Below are positions 1 through 12,400 of a DNA stretch of 64,000 bases, piece by piece. This stretch comes from Takakia lepidozioides (lineage: Eukaryota > Plantae > Bryophyta), in contig CM060733.1 in NCBI GenBank assembly GCA_030704615.1, forward strand, positions 3,968,001-4,032,000. The letters are read 5' to 3'. Position numbers and translations under genes: made by a program. The notes beneath the pieces were generated by a model. The model saw only the letters and a program-made list of their open reading frames with translations, made no database searches and was not told where the DNA came from. Numbering within the stretch: the first letter of the stretch is position 1; each line of letters begins with the position of its first letter.

Positions 1-290
1 GGAAAACAATGCTCCTCCTACATACTATTCTCAGCAGGTTTGTGTTTTACAGCGATTCTGAAAGGCAAATGATTGTGCAGATCCTTTGTTTCTGACTTTT
101 TGATCTGAAGTAACGAGACTGTCCTTAGTCAGTCACCTACCAATTTTTGCTTGCTAGGGCTCAACATTCTAGTTGCACTTTAAATGCATGATTCTCTCTG
201 TACTTTCTGCCACTTTCAAACTCTATTTACTGCAGAGAGGTGGAGAGAGAGAATTGACTAGGTGTCCTGGTGTTGATGGTGGGTGGATAG

Positions 291-821
291 TTCGGCAGCC
301 ATGAGGAAGCAAATGTAGGAAGCATTGCCGATGTGGGAGGTATTCAAGATGTGGGAGAAGAGAAGGCAGTGGAGCAGCCCACAGCAGCTGTTGCAGCAGG
401 AGGTGGGCAACCACAAACACATGGCCATTATCAGCACTACCCACATCATCCTCACCATCCTCAGCCTCCGCCTCAGACTGGAGGCGCAGGGCCAAGGAGT
501 GGTGGGGGGTATCAGCAGGTCCATCCAGCAGCAGGATCTCCTGTAAGGGGGCGTGGTATGGGAGGAGGCTATCCAGGCAATGGCGGTCGTGCGGGTGGTC
601 GTGGATACCCTAATGGGCGTGGTGGCCGAGGGGGCCGAGGCGGCATGTATTCAAATGGGGGGCGCGGGGGTCAGTTCTATGACCAGCCCAGTGGCTTTCA
701 TCCTCGACCTAATCACTATGAGGCCAGAGGGGGTCGTGGTGGCAGGGGCGACATGATGTACAATGGGCATTCTAATGGTCCAGCCCCACCGTCCCCTGCT
801 GTTGCGACTGGCTCAGGCTGA
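291..821 (+). CDS. Terminal coding exon of a gene starting upstream of the window; RGG/glycine-rich C-terminus, resembling Arabidopsis At1g27090-type glycine-rich protein
   Basis: Frame open from 291 (after TAG 288-290, a possible acceptor) to TGA at 821. Encodes RGG boxes (GGRGYPNGRGGRGGRGG..FYDQP..RGGRGGRG). Preceded by T-rich intron-like sequence. Exon start is uncertain. Confidence 0.6.
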   Translation, partial: FGSHEEANVGSIADVGGIQDVGEEKAVEQPTAAVAAGGGQPQTHGHYQHYPHHPHHPQPPPQTGGAGPRSGGGYQQVHPAAGSPVRGRGMGGGYPGNGGRAGGRGYPNGRGGRGGRGGMYSNGGRGGQFYDQPSGFHPRPNHYEARGGRGGRGDMMYNGHSNGPAPPSPAVATGSG

Positions 822-1199
822 TGAATAGACTAAAATGCGCTTAGGGTGGTTGAAAGTGGTTATCCATTTTTGGGATGGTGTGACAACTTATGTGACTGGC
901 ATGATGAAATGTGGTAGGTTTGACCTACCTCTTTGTAGTACCGTGTTGTGATTTCGAAACTGTTTGTGAGGAGGTAGTCGGAAGCATCATGGTGTGCCCA
1001 TTAGGTAGCTAGTACTGCAACATTGTCAGTGGTAGGGAAGGCATGGAAGATAGAAAATTTCAAAAGGTCTACAGAAAACATTCAAAAGTTTTCACTTGCT
1101 GGATGGTAAGTCCCAGTGCTGATTGTATTCATGTTTAAGCAGGCCACAGAAAGCTTGTCCCTGGAAATGTGAAAAAGCTGGCCTTAGAGTCATTTTGTC

Positions 1200-1860
1200 A
1201 AGGCTGAGTTTCTATCTTCAGGCCACCCACACCGCAGGCATTGACAATCTCCTTGACCTCCTTGCATCTATTTATTGTTCAAAGGTAGACTCCCTGCCCT
1301 CAGTTTAAATTTCAGTCTGGTGCCAAGAGTAGGTAGGCTCTTCAGGTCATCCTTAAGGTCCTCACCCATGTCACAAACTGCAAACAAATTCAGGGAAGTT
1401 TTGTGCCTAACTTTGTTTGGTTCGGCATTCTTCCTGCTTCTGACATGGCCTTCGACACTTCAGCCTCCAAGTCAGCTTTATCTAGCAGGGTCAGTTCTTC
1501 CTGCCTAATAGTCAAATACTTGAAATCCCCTTCTTAACCCTTTCCACTGGGAAATAAGAGTCGATCAAAGTAGGGATCATAGTAGGTATCGGTATTAGGC
1601 ATGCAATTCAACCGACCCCACCATCTGACCTTAAAATCATCATGTAGATATCTCAAGGGCGGTACCCCAAACAGCCATATAAGCTGTTCTAGAGCACCCT
1701 GATATGCTATTTCTAAGCACCGAAAGCTGAATGAATTCTAAGGGTTTAACTCGTTGGAGTTGCCCTCCCACACGGTAGATGCGCACTCCAAGTTAGGCCT
1801 AATAACATTGCAAAGCATGGTCCTTTTAACTTCAGTATTAATCCCTCTGCAGTCTAAAAA
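1200..1860 (-). mobile_element. Degenerate non-LTR retrotransposon (LINE) ORF2 3' part (RT thumb and Cys-rich C-terminus), RTEX-like
   Basis: Hand translation of the minus strand, with stops and frameshifts: KRTMLCNVIRPNLECASTVWEGN ... ISGCSRTAYMAVLG ... DDFKVRWWGRLNCMP ... GTRLKFKLRAGSLPLN ... CQCLRCG. Confidence 0.75.
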
Positions 1861-1898
1861 TTGAGTGAGACCCAAAGCCTTGCGATCAACAGACACAG

Positions 1899-2776
1899 AT
1901 AGGGGTAAACAAGTTCACGGTGGACCTGAGCAAGCCAATTTTTTTCCAGGTTAGATTTCAAACCTTAAATTGCAGACCTGTTCACGTGATTTCGCGTTCA
2001 TGTTGCTTACCCATTTAATCGTGACATCTTTGCTGGATCATCCATTGTATTCTAAATTAGACGTCGTACGATCGATTACACCGGTCTCCTAGAAGTTCAA
2101 CTTTGTTACATGTCCGGAATCTTAGGTGCTGATGGTGGTCTGGATTTGCTCCGTCTAGATGCATAGTCTGAGCGACGAATTTTCGCTTGCACTTTTCAGG
2201 TTGGCCATCTTGGAGAAGAATATGACGACTGGGTGCACCAGGCGATACCTCGTAAGGAGACCCCTCGTTTTTTCGATAACAATATCCTTGAGGGATAGAC
2301 TGGTTCACACAAAAGATTCCATAGTAATGGAAATACAATGCATCTAATTTAGCACTTGCAACTTGTTCATCCGTTCTGTATTAGTTCCCGAGAGCCCTTT
2401 TCAGCATGCCTGCATGTGCGGGAGGATTGCTCCGAGCCTTCTCAATCAGAGTCCGTCGAAGTATTATCCTGTAGCAGGACAACCTTGAGGATGATATTAT
2501 TGTTTGCCCGTATGTATGTCATTACTGCTGTTTTCTATCCATGTTATTGAAGGTGCTAGTTTTGATTGATGCAGTTTTTGACTCGTACAAAATGGTGGCT
2601 CTTCCCAACGATATGGGTGCCAGTTGTGATGTGGACACAATTGCAAGCCTTGGCTGATGGGCTACCCGGCCCGCCCAATTCCTTTTTCCGTCATTCATGT
2701 CATGGGTTTTGTTGTGGACATGTTTTGAGTACTGCATTCACCGTTTTGCTTTCCACATAAAGGCTTCAAGCTGTTG
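1899..2776 (+). pseudogene. FAH: Sphingolipid fatty acid 2-hydroxylase pseudogene fragment (exons 1-3 with introns)
   Basis: Exon 1899-1949 encodes (I)GVNKFTVDLSKPIFFQ, with ATA where ATG is expected. Exon 2200-2292 encodes VGHLGEEYDDWVHQAIPRKETPRFFDNNILE, with donor GG instead of GT. Exon 2575-2776 encodes FLTRTKWWLFPTIWVPVV, then a frameshift, then WTCFEYCIHRFAFHIK. Matches the FAH1/FAH2 N-half; later exons are absent. Confidence 0.9.
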
Positions 2777-2879
2777 GTGAGAACTGTTCTTTCAATAGAT
2801 GCCAAATTTCCATACGTTTGCTGAAGATGGTAGACAATTTGATTTTGTAGATGGGGTCTTGGGGTCACTAACGACCATC

Positions 2880-3170
2880 GAGAAACCATCTTAACGTGAC
2901 TAAGTAGTGCATGCAGCAGTCCCCAATAAACCTCATTCCCAGATATTCTCTCTTATAGTGAAGCTTGGTGTTCCCCCCACCTTGTCTCCACATAGCTGTG
3001 CAGAAAACTAGACAGGCAGCTGCCAAAATAGCATGGCACAGGTTCGCAACAAAGGTATAGAGGGAGAAAGCCATCTCTCTGGCTGCTTGGTATCAACCTC
3101 ATCCAGGGCATCAAACTGGTTAGAAAGTTTCGAGTCAAAGTCACCACCCTTCGTTGTCTTCCTAGAGCGC
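2880..3170 (-). mobile_element. Possible LINE ORF1 (SGNH esterase-type) remnant
   Basis: Minus-strand peptides LSNQFDALDE and RFIGDCCMHYL resemble the SNRF-x-AL and IGDS motifs of esterase-type ORF1. Same strand as the ORF2 remnant at 1200-1860. Confidence 0.4.
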
Positions 3171-3208
3171 CTCATTAAATCACCAATGTCTAACATGACA
3201 TGAACTAT

Positions 3209-3626
3209 GGCATGAACATGACAAATAGTCAAGCTGCCATGAAAAGGCAAAAACAAATACAAGGGCATCAGTTTTTGGGTGATAGAATTTTTATTTCACA
3301 CTCAATTTCCCTGATTCCACAACCCACAAATAGATACTTGAACCAGCTTTCTAAGGGCATATCACACACCCCAATAGGTGGAGGTCACCCCAAACTAGAG
3401 GCATGAACATGACACATAGTCAAGCTGCCATGAAAAAGCAAAAGCAAATATAAGGGGCCCACATTTTTGGTGATAGAATTTCCATGTCACAATCAATTTC
3501 CCTGATTCCAAAACCCACAGATAGATACTTAAACCAGCTTTCTGAAGGCATATCTCACACCCCAATAGGTGGAGGTGACCCCAAACTAGAGGCATGAACA
3601 TGACACATAGTCAAGCTGCCATGAAA
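3209..3626. repeat. Tandem duplication, 191-bp unit, about 2.2 copies
   Basis: GGCATGAACATGACA recurs at 3209, 3400 and 3591 with closely similar intervening sequence. Confidence 0.9.
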
Positions 3627-3947
3627 CAAGTTAGGGCATTGAAGGGGCAACTTGTTTTGGGCCATAACCATTTGACAGCACACTAGAGTAGAATGAAACA
3701 ACCAAGAGAAGTGTCCGCATGTGAAGTAGCTCTCCACAGCCATATGACATTGCAAGATTAAAGGTGTTGACAAAGAGAAGCATGTACAAATGTCATACAA
3801 GGTCAATATGGAAAATGGTTGCGATCAAGTTGGGCTACAAGGCTAGCATATCACCTGGAATGTGAATGAAACAACACCACAATAGTTGAGAATCACAATG
3901 TACCTTCCCAATATCTCTGCAAACAAGAATCCCTAGCTTGGGGATTG

Positions 3948-5640
3948 CTAGTCTGTGAGCGGCTCACGTGAGCGGAAAGATGCCAATCCGTGAGCGAAAA
4001 AATGCTCACGTAATAGGGTGCATGGGCCTACAATCGCGGATGAGGAAGCCCCGGGAGACCTATTTCCACGGGAATGAGTGTACATATCATGCGTACTTGG
4101 ATGATTATTGGATGAATGTTGGATGAATCATTCATAATGGTTGAATGCAAAATGGTTGATGGATGGACATATGCTTCGCGATGCATGAACAATGGATGAG
4201 TAGATGATTAAAGATTGGATGTATTATCGACCCATATAAAATGAATGAATGGAGTTGCAAATGCGGACGAAAAGGAGTTATATGGATGAAATGGCTTATG
4301 GAAGCAAGAACTGAAAGAGAGGTACACACCGGATAAAAATCAAACAACCCCCTCACAGGCTCATTGATAGATATTTTGAAACAGGGTGAATCATTCGAAA
4401 AATGACTATCCACTGCATATGTACATTGTCTTGTCATTTGATGGGTCCGCCCATGTGTAGACAAAATCAGGGTCATCGCTCAGGTACTTCCCTGGAATGA
4501 GGATATGGTAGATGTACCTAAACCATACATTCAGAAAAACACAGATGCAGCAGACCTGTTTGTTAACTCCCATTAAACCCCATTGTAATCAATGTCGCGT
4601 TGACGCAAGGTTGATCCTTGAACTTCCCAAAAGACTAGAAGACACGAAACACTAAGCAAGACGAAGATTTATCTCCCAAAAGATGCGATTGAAATTCATA
4701 GCATAATCAAGGTTGCGTTGATTGTGTCCCACACAAAATGCAATATATATATATATATATTTGAAAAAATGATGCTTTCATTTTTGAAATCAAGGTTGCA
4801 ACGCAAGGTTGATCTGCATCACCAAAAAACAAAACAAAAATTAAAAAAATTTGATGTTGCATGATGCAAATCAATCTTGCGTTTACGCAACCTTGATTTG
4901 AGAAATGAAATCATTTTTTTTCAAAAACAAAAAGGAAAAAAAAACACTGAATCATCCACATCCACTCGGAAATCAACCTCGTGTTAACACAAGGTTGATT
5001 TCAACTCCTCAGAAATTGACAACCTCGTGTTGACACAAGTTGATTTCAAGTCCTCGGAAATCAACCTCGTGTTGACACAAGGTTGATTTCAAGTCCTCGG
5101 GAATCAACCTCGTGTTGACACAAGATTGACTTCAACTTGTCAAAAATCAACCTCGTGTTGACACAAGGTTCATTTCAAGTTCTCGGAAATCAACCTCGTG
5201 TTGAGACCAGGTTGATTTCAAGTTGTCAATTTTCCAAAATTAATGGCACTTTCTTGAATGAGATCAATCTTTTTTTGCAATGAAAATTGTTATCCACTAT
5301 AGAATTGAAATCTATGATTTTTTCCTAACCATCTCCTAACCCACGTCATGACCGATTCAATGACATCAATATTACATGGACCTTTTGTAAATGGCATTGT
5401 TATCCGACATGTATAGTGTATCCAACCCAAACTAGGTGAGGCAAAATCAATATTACTTTGAATTAGTGGATGGCACACTTCATTCAACATCGTTCATGTT
5501 CTTTCACCATAAATCTTATTGTTGTCATCCATGGTTCATTCATCCATCTTTTGTCATCCAGCATTCATCCTACATTCATCCATTCCACATAGCCATTCAT
5601 CCTTAAGAATTTCGCCGCACATTCCTCTCAAATTTTCATG
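3948..5640 (-). mobile_element. Possible Helitron-like remnant (right boundary unknown)
   Basis: On the minus strand, palindrome GCTCACGTGAGC lies ~10 nt before CTAG (3948-3951). A CAG-preceded exon-like peptide VCCICVFLNVWFRYIY...YICSG (~4410-4555) has a CxxC motif. Flanked by repeat-rich segments. The base after CTAG is C, not the canonical T. Confidence 0.3.
4970..5229. repeat. Minisatellite: six ~43-bp units, each a ~32-bp imperfect palindrome plus an 11-bp linker
   Basis: Consensus AAATCAACCT-CGTGTTGACACA-AGGTTGATTT plus CAAGTCCTCGG; units start at 4970, 5013, 5058, 5101, 5144 and 5187. Degenerate related palindromes occur at ~4588-4900. Confidence 0.95.
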
Positions 5641-6454
5641 CATGGCACTCGGCATCTTAGGTCCAGGCATCGTATGTTACCCTCCATTCCACTCAACATT
5701 GCGCCCACGACAATAGGTCTTGTTGTTCCCACGGCTATAGGCTCCACTTCCCTTATGTGCACACACTTAAGAAATCTGCTCATGCTTAAGAAATCTGCTC
5801 CACGCGCTAGCTTCTCTCCCCTGGCTTCACCAACCAACGCCGACGCCCCTCACGCTTGGGTTTCTTCCTTCAACGAACATCATTTCCTTTTCTTTCTTTC
5901 TCTTCCCTCTTGTAAACATGTCTCCTACTCTTGGATGAAATGCAGTGGCCTTCTGCAAGTTGTGGGCCCCGCTCTGAGAAAACGACGAAGGCGTCAGTTA
6001 GGGGCGCCGCGAAAATCGATTGCCCCTTGTGACGGCTTTTTTGCGATTCCGTGGGGGCGCCCCTTAGGGTCGAATATGCTATTTCCACCAATAGTGCCTC
6101 GTGAATCCTGGGGGCAATTCACAGGGGGGGGGACTCTTTTTTTAGCATTTTTAGACATTGAAACCTTCACAGTGCCTCTATTATCAAGTCTCGAGGTGGT
6201 GTCATTTGCCACATAATCCAAGCCTAAGCTGGAGCAGGTAGTTTTAAAGGCATATTGTCCATCCTGGGATTCACCCCAAAAACTACACATGAAGCCCTAG
6301 ATTTGGCATAAGTAACCACCTCCCAGAGAAAGAGGGAGAGTGAGAGACAGAGACAGAGAGATGGAGAGACATGGTCTAAAGTCAAATAAAGGTTGTTTCC
6401 TTGGTTTCTATCAAACATCTTTTCCCTACTGTCTGCATTGTTATAAGCTACTTA

Positions 6455-8356
6455 GGCCCCGGCCGCACTGGTGGTTAATTAGCCGTGACTGCTAGCAATG
6501 GTTAGTTAGCCACTATTAAGCAATGGTTAGTTAGCCCGGGTTAGAGAGCGGCCGCACTTATGGCTAAAAGTTAGAAATGGCTAACGAAGGTTATCACGCG
6601 AGCTGCCTGCCAAGCACCGCTGGAGCTGCCCGTCGAGGTAGCGAGGACGCCAGCTGCGAAGCTCGAGCTCGAACTGCTTGCATCTAGAGTTTGGTGGAGC
6701 CTAGCTACACTACGCCAGTTGCAAGGCATGCACAGGAGGAGAGGCACGTTAATCCCAGGACAGGTGTGACATATCCATTAACTATCCATTGGTGTTGGTT
6801 CCTCAGTTGAAAATGTGTTCTATAGCTAGCAAGAACTCTCATTTTTTGAGACGTTTCAAAACTTGAAATGACATGTGCTGGCATTTGGGAATATCGGAGA
6901 AGGTGGGTGCCATTAGAACAATGTCCAAGGTTTGAATTTTGATGCCACCAAATTGGTGTGTGTAGTTTGGGTATTCTCAATGTGCATAAGTTTTGGTGTT
7001 GTCAGGGCTATGCACATTTGAAAGGCAGAGTCCCAGAGGTGGAGGTGTGGGGACTGGGTGGCGCCACAACGTGCAATTGAAGGAGTTGCGGGCACATGTA
7101 TGCCATCAGTTTTGCCCATGTAGGAATTTTGGTGTGAGGTGATTTTGCTACATATGATTTCCTTCAGTCCAAGAAACATCTCTGCTTTGATTTGGTATAT
7201 CCTTTTCTAGCCCTATATTAAATCTTTGGTTCTACTTGCAATGTGGTTATGGTGTACTGACTTGTGGCAACTGAAGCTCTTGAACAGGTGTTGGTAGTGG
7301 AGAAGAAGCAGGCCATTTCCTTCTTAGATCCCAAACAAGAATTGGTATGTTGTAGATGTTGTCTAGTCTTTCCCATCCTCGGAATGGAAATCAATTGCTT
7401 TGGTAGAATATTTCAATCTGGATGGAGTGAAAGCGTAAAAATATATAAAGTCCACATATCACTTTCTTCTTTAAATTAGTGCAACCTGATTGCACACTGA
7501 CCCTACATCTGATCCACTCAAAACCTTCTGTAGCAGGAAATGGAAATTGGTGTCCTTATCATCTCAGTGCAGAGCATCCTTTTCTGATCAGTGACGTAGG
7601 GACGGACATAATGCTTGAGATACTGACTTTCCAATCGACCACATGGCCTATATGATACAAATCAGCCTGGCCTCCCCTGATGATCATTGTTCAGATACAT
7701 CTCATGCTGATGGAGGTAAAACATATTGGTGCATGGTGATCTGACATTGATAGGCTTACCTACCCGGTTGGATGAATCTGATGGGTACGATCACTCAGGC
7801 CACATGAGGTGGCTTGCCTGAATGACTATGCTGTCTCCCCATGGGAGCTTACACGATTGCTATGTGAGCTCCAGGTGAATACCATCTTCTAGTTATAGAA
7901 TAATTCTAAATTGTGTTGAGATAAAGGTCACAAAATTCTTGAAAGTCATACCAATCTATTGGATTGAAGATATTGAAATGGTTGAAAGTTCATATGTTAT
8001 TCAGGGTTGACTGGGTTGCAGCATGATGAAGTGAAGAGTCAAGTGCATTTCTAGTTCTTGTCACACATTTCCAGTTCTTGTGCAGTCTGTGGTTTACGGT
8101 TTGCGAGAGACGGGCGCGAGGAAGGAGGAGAACCGGGAGCGCGTTAAAATTTTCCATCGGCTGCCCCCCGTGATCAAAGTTAATACGTGGGGGTGGGTAG
8201 GGGTTATCTAGTTGGACAAATATTGGGGGACGATTAGCGACGATTAGCGCTGATTAAATTGACATTGGCTAAATTGCTTAGTGCGGCATCAAAATAAAGA
8301 TAGCCGTGGCTAAACTCCACTTAGCCACGGTTAAATCGGCCAGTGCGGCGGGGGCC
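6455..8356. mobile_element. Non-autonomous PIF/Harbinger DNA transposon (~1.9 kb)
   Basis: TIRs GGCCCCGGCCGCACTGG and CCAGTGCGGCGGGGGCC (16/17 match). TTA target duplication at 6452-6454 and 8357-8359. TTAGCC-rich subterminal repeats. No transposase ORF recognised. Confidence 0.88.
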
Positions 8357-9032
8357 TTAGAATAGGAGCAAAGACTGACAAGATATTGAATCCAGGGTAC
8401 TTGAACAATCCGGAGGCCACAACATCGACACCGGACTCTGAGGGGTGGTTGCACACAGGTGACCTGGTCTACTTTGATGACCGGGGCCTCTTATACATTG
8501 TTGAGCACATCAAAGAGCTTTATCAAATACAAGGGCTTCCAAGTGTTTCTCCTAGCCCCTCTTTCCAGACTTGAACATATGCCACTTTATATTTGACTCG
8601 AAATGGTTCGCGGGTAAAGTCTAGGCAAGCAAGCTTGACTCTACCTCTATCTGTGAGCTCTAGTTAAATTACAGATTTACCACAGGTTTGAACATAATTA
8701 GCAGGAAAGGTGAGTTAGTGTGGGATGAGACACCCTTGGGCCCCAGAAGATCAATGTTGCCCAACACTCTGGACATGTTGGACTGTCCTTAACTGTATGG
8801 TATTGAATTGCCTCTGCTACGTCAAAAAGTGCCTGAAGGTTTTGTGGTTATAACCGGATTGGGCTCCTATACATCAGCCAACTTTCAATTTAGTAGAGAC
8901 CCATGTTCCCTTTAGTGTCTCTATGCCCATACAGTTAACCACCTTCCATGTGGAAGCCAGTTTTGGTGTGATTTTGTGATTCGGGTCTTGCACTTCGCAA
9001 CACATGTAGAAAACCCTCCTGCATCATGTCGT

Positions 9033-9412
9033 TGTTGGCACTAATAGCCGCATTTGAGTTGAGCTCGGCTGGTAGTTGCGGCCAACGTAGATAAGATCAG
9101 ACTTAGTAGATCTGTTAGGTGAAGGCATAGATAACTTTAGGAGTTGCACCGTTTAATCACTATAGTTTCTCCGTAGTTCTCTCCACTGATTTAGGTATTG
9201 CTCAAGTATATATGTGATTCAATTTCTCTCTATTTCATGTTCAATTCAGCGCTCAACTGTTCCTGCAGTCTTTGTCCTTCCATAGTGCTTTCTTCACAGT
9301 GTGAGAGAGAGTTCAGCCGATGTAGTCTTGTTCTTCTCAAGCTTGTATTCTGCTGTCTAGCTTACGTCTTGTCTTGCAAGAGATTAGATATGGCAGATGC
9401 TTACGATTCACA
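9033..9412 (+). repeat. 5' LTR of the copia element
   Basis: TGTTGGCA...GATTCACA, highly similar to 13389-13731 apart from a few indels. Confidence 0.95.
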
Positions 9413-12400
9413 GGTTATGGGCCCACTCTACGGGCGCATCGATAAGTTTGAGGGAAAAGGATTACATACTTTGGAAGTTTAAGATGGAGTCTTCTCTAAA
9501 GGCTAGAGAGATGTGGCATCTTGTTAGAGGCAAGGAAGTGAGGCCACCTGAAACATCTACTACTGAGTTTGCTGCTTATACCAAGAAAAAAAATAGAGCT
9601 CGTAATCTCATTATTCAAAGTCTCTCTGACAACCAGCTCATGAGTGTTCAAAAAGAGAGTTCAGCGCGTGGAATTTGGGAGGCTCTGGAACAGCGACATG
9701 TCGACAAAGGGATGGCTAACAAGCTTTTTCTTATGAGGAAGTTTTTCACTGTTCAGATGAGTCCAAGCGACACAATGGATCAACACTTGAACAAATTGGG
9801 AGCTATGGCAAAAGAGCTTGATGCATCGGTGCCACAAGAAGTGAAGGTCATGATACTTCTTATGAGTTTACCAGATAGCTATCAGTTCCTGATCACGTCT
9901 CTAGAGTCATACATGTCGCTTACGTGGGATATTGTGACTAATAGGTTGCTCAATGAGAAACTTATGAGGAGAGAGAAAGGAACGTGTTCACACTATGATG
10001 AAGTAGCGTTGTTGGCTCATAATAGTAAAAAGAGCCCAGACTCTAAGAAAGTCAGAAAGAAGAGTAAAGATATTTGTAATTACTGCAAGAAGTCGGGTCA
10101 CTGGGCAAAAAACTGCAGGAAGAGAAGGTTTGACCAGAGAAATGGAAAGAATGAGGAAGGAAATAGTGTCGATAGTGGTGAGGCATTCGTTTATGCTTTG
10201 TCATTCTCTTCTTGTGATGACATGTGGTGCATAGACTCTGGGGCTTCTGTACATCTTTCTCATCGCAAGGAATAGATCAGTGATTACAAGGAGATTTCAC
10301 CCATGAAGATCTACATGGGAGACAACTCAGTCCAGGAAGCTGTTGGCAAAGGCAACGTGGAGATATCCATGACAGTGGGAGTGAATGTCACTCGTGGAAA
10401 GTTGACTAAAGTTTTCTATGTTCTTGGCCAGCCCAAGAACATCTTCTCTGTAAGTAAGGCAACATCCCAAGGCTACAGTATCGAGTTTGAAAACACACTG
10501 TGCATAGTACAGCTAGAAGAAAGTAGTCGCGCATGTAATTCATAATAACCGATTGTACCAGCTACAGTGTAGCATAATGATGACGGTGGAAAATGCGCAG
10601 CTTGCAATTGGACACCAATCAAAGTATCGACTTGTGGCATCAACGATTGGGCCACTTGGGTGTTGAGAATGTCTAACTCTTATCGCAGCAGAAGCTTGTA
10701 GATGGGCTATCTGTAAGCAGTAAGGCAAAACTGGAGTTTTGCCAAGGTTGTGTGCTTAGTAAGCAACACAGAGAGCCTTTTCCAAAGGAGGGAGAATCAA
10801 GAGCGACTAAATTGTTGGGTATAGTTCACTTTGATGTTTGGGGACCAACCAAGTTGTCTTTTGGCGGTCTTAGGTATTTTGTGACATTCACTGACGATCT
10901 CTCTCGAAAGGTATTTTGCTACTTCATGAAGAGCAAATGAGAATGCTTCACAAAATTCAAGGAATTCAAGGCCTTTGCTAAAAGTCAAACAGAGAATAAG
11001 TTGAAGATTCTGAGAAGCGACAACAGTGGAGAATACACCTCCAAAGGGTTCATGAGTTTTCTCAAAGATCATGGTATCCAACATCAAACTTCTGTTCCTT
11101 ACACCCCTCAGCAGAATGGAGTTGCTAAGAGAGTCAATCGAACGATCGTGGAGTTGGCGAGATGTATGTTGCACAGCCAACAGAAGTTAAGCCCTAAGTA
11201 TTGGGCAGAGGCTGTAAGCACGGCAGCCTACCTCAAAGCAAGAAGTCCTCACAAGTCAGTGGGAGGAATGCCGCCAGAGGAAGCATGGAATAGAAAGAAA
11301 CCCTCGGTGAGTCATCTCAAAGTTTTTGGTTGTGAGGCCTATACACACAAACAACCTCAAACAAGAACCAAGCTTGAACCTAAGAGTACTAAATGTGTAT
11401 TTGTGGGGTACAGCTTGGATTCTAAGGGATACAGGTTGATTGAGGAGACAACTTAAAAACTCATTTATCAGTCGAGATGTGGTTTTCAACGAAGGATCCA
11501 ATTTTAACGGTCATTCCAAATATGTCACTTCAGCGGGAGTTGACGATAAGACAGAAGTGATCGTGGAACCGGGAGTTATTACGAGAGACAAGGAGCATGA
11601 CGATGAGGATCAAGATGATCTTCAATTGAGGTCAGATTCAGATCCTCATACTCCTTCGGATTCCACTACCCCACAGGTTTCTGACATCATCGTGCCACAG
11701 ATCGAGCTCCATCATCAGTACCTAGTTTGTTGCAGGACGTACTGAGATCCAGGAGCAACAACCTATGGTGAGAAGATCAATCAGAATTGGAGTGCACCTT
11801 CGAAGCTCACTCATTTTGCTTGTATTGCAATTGTGGAAGAGCCACGAACCCTAACAGAAGCTCTTAAACGGGATGATGCAGAGCAGTGGGAGCGAGCAGC
11901 AAATGAGGAGTATTCTTCTCTCATGAAGAATGGGGCATGGGAGCTTGTGGAGCTTCCTAAAGGGAGAAAAGCCATTGGTAACAAGTGGGTGTTTAAACTC
12001 AAGAGGAACACCAATGGAGAGGCTGCAGGGAGATACAAAGCCAGGCTAGTAGCAAAGGGTTACTCTCATACGGGAGGGATAGATTACGAAGAAACTTTTG
12101 CTCTAGTGGCAAAATTTCCTTCTATCCGAACAATGTTGAGTATTGCAGCTTTGCATGATTTGGAGATTCACCAAATACATGTGCATTAACGAGAGCTGAA
12201 AGAGGATGTGTACATGTTGGAGCCGGAAGGATATGAAGATCCTGAGCACAGGGGGTTGGTTTGCAAGCTTCGCAAAACCATCTATGGGCTTAAGCAAGCA
12301 CCAAGGGTTTGGAATGAGAAGATAGATAGTTTTCTCAGGAAAAATGGGTTCAGAAGGTGTCAATCGGATTCAAGCATTTATGTGCGATCAGAATAGGAAG

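Noticed and set aside
4970-5229. CRISPR array
   Set aside because: Linkers are only 11 bp and repeat each other, there are no cas genes, and the context is a plant nuclear genome.
5638-6216. 192-aa ORF
   Set aside because: No recognisable domain; lies in GC-rich repeat-like sequence.
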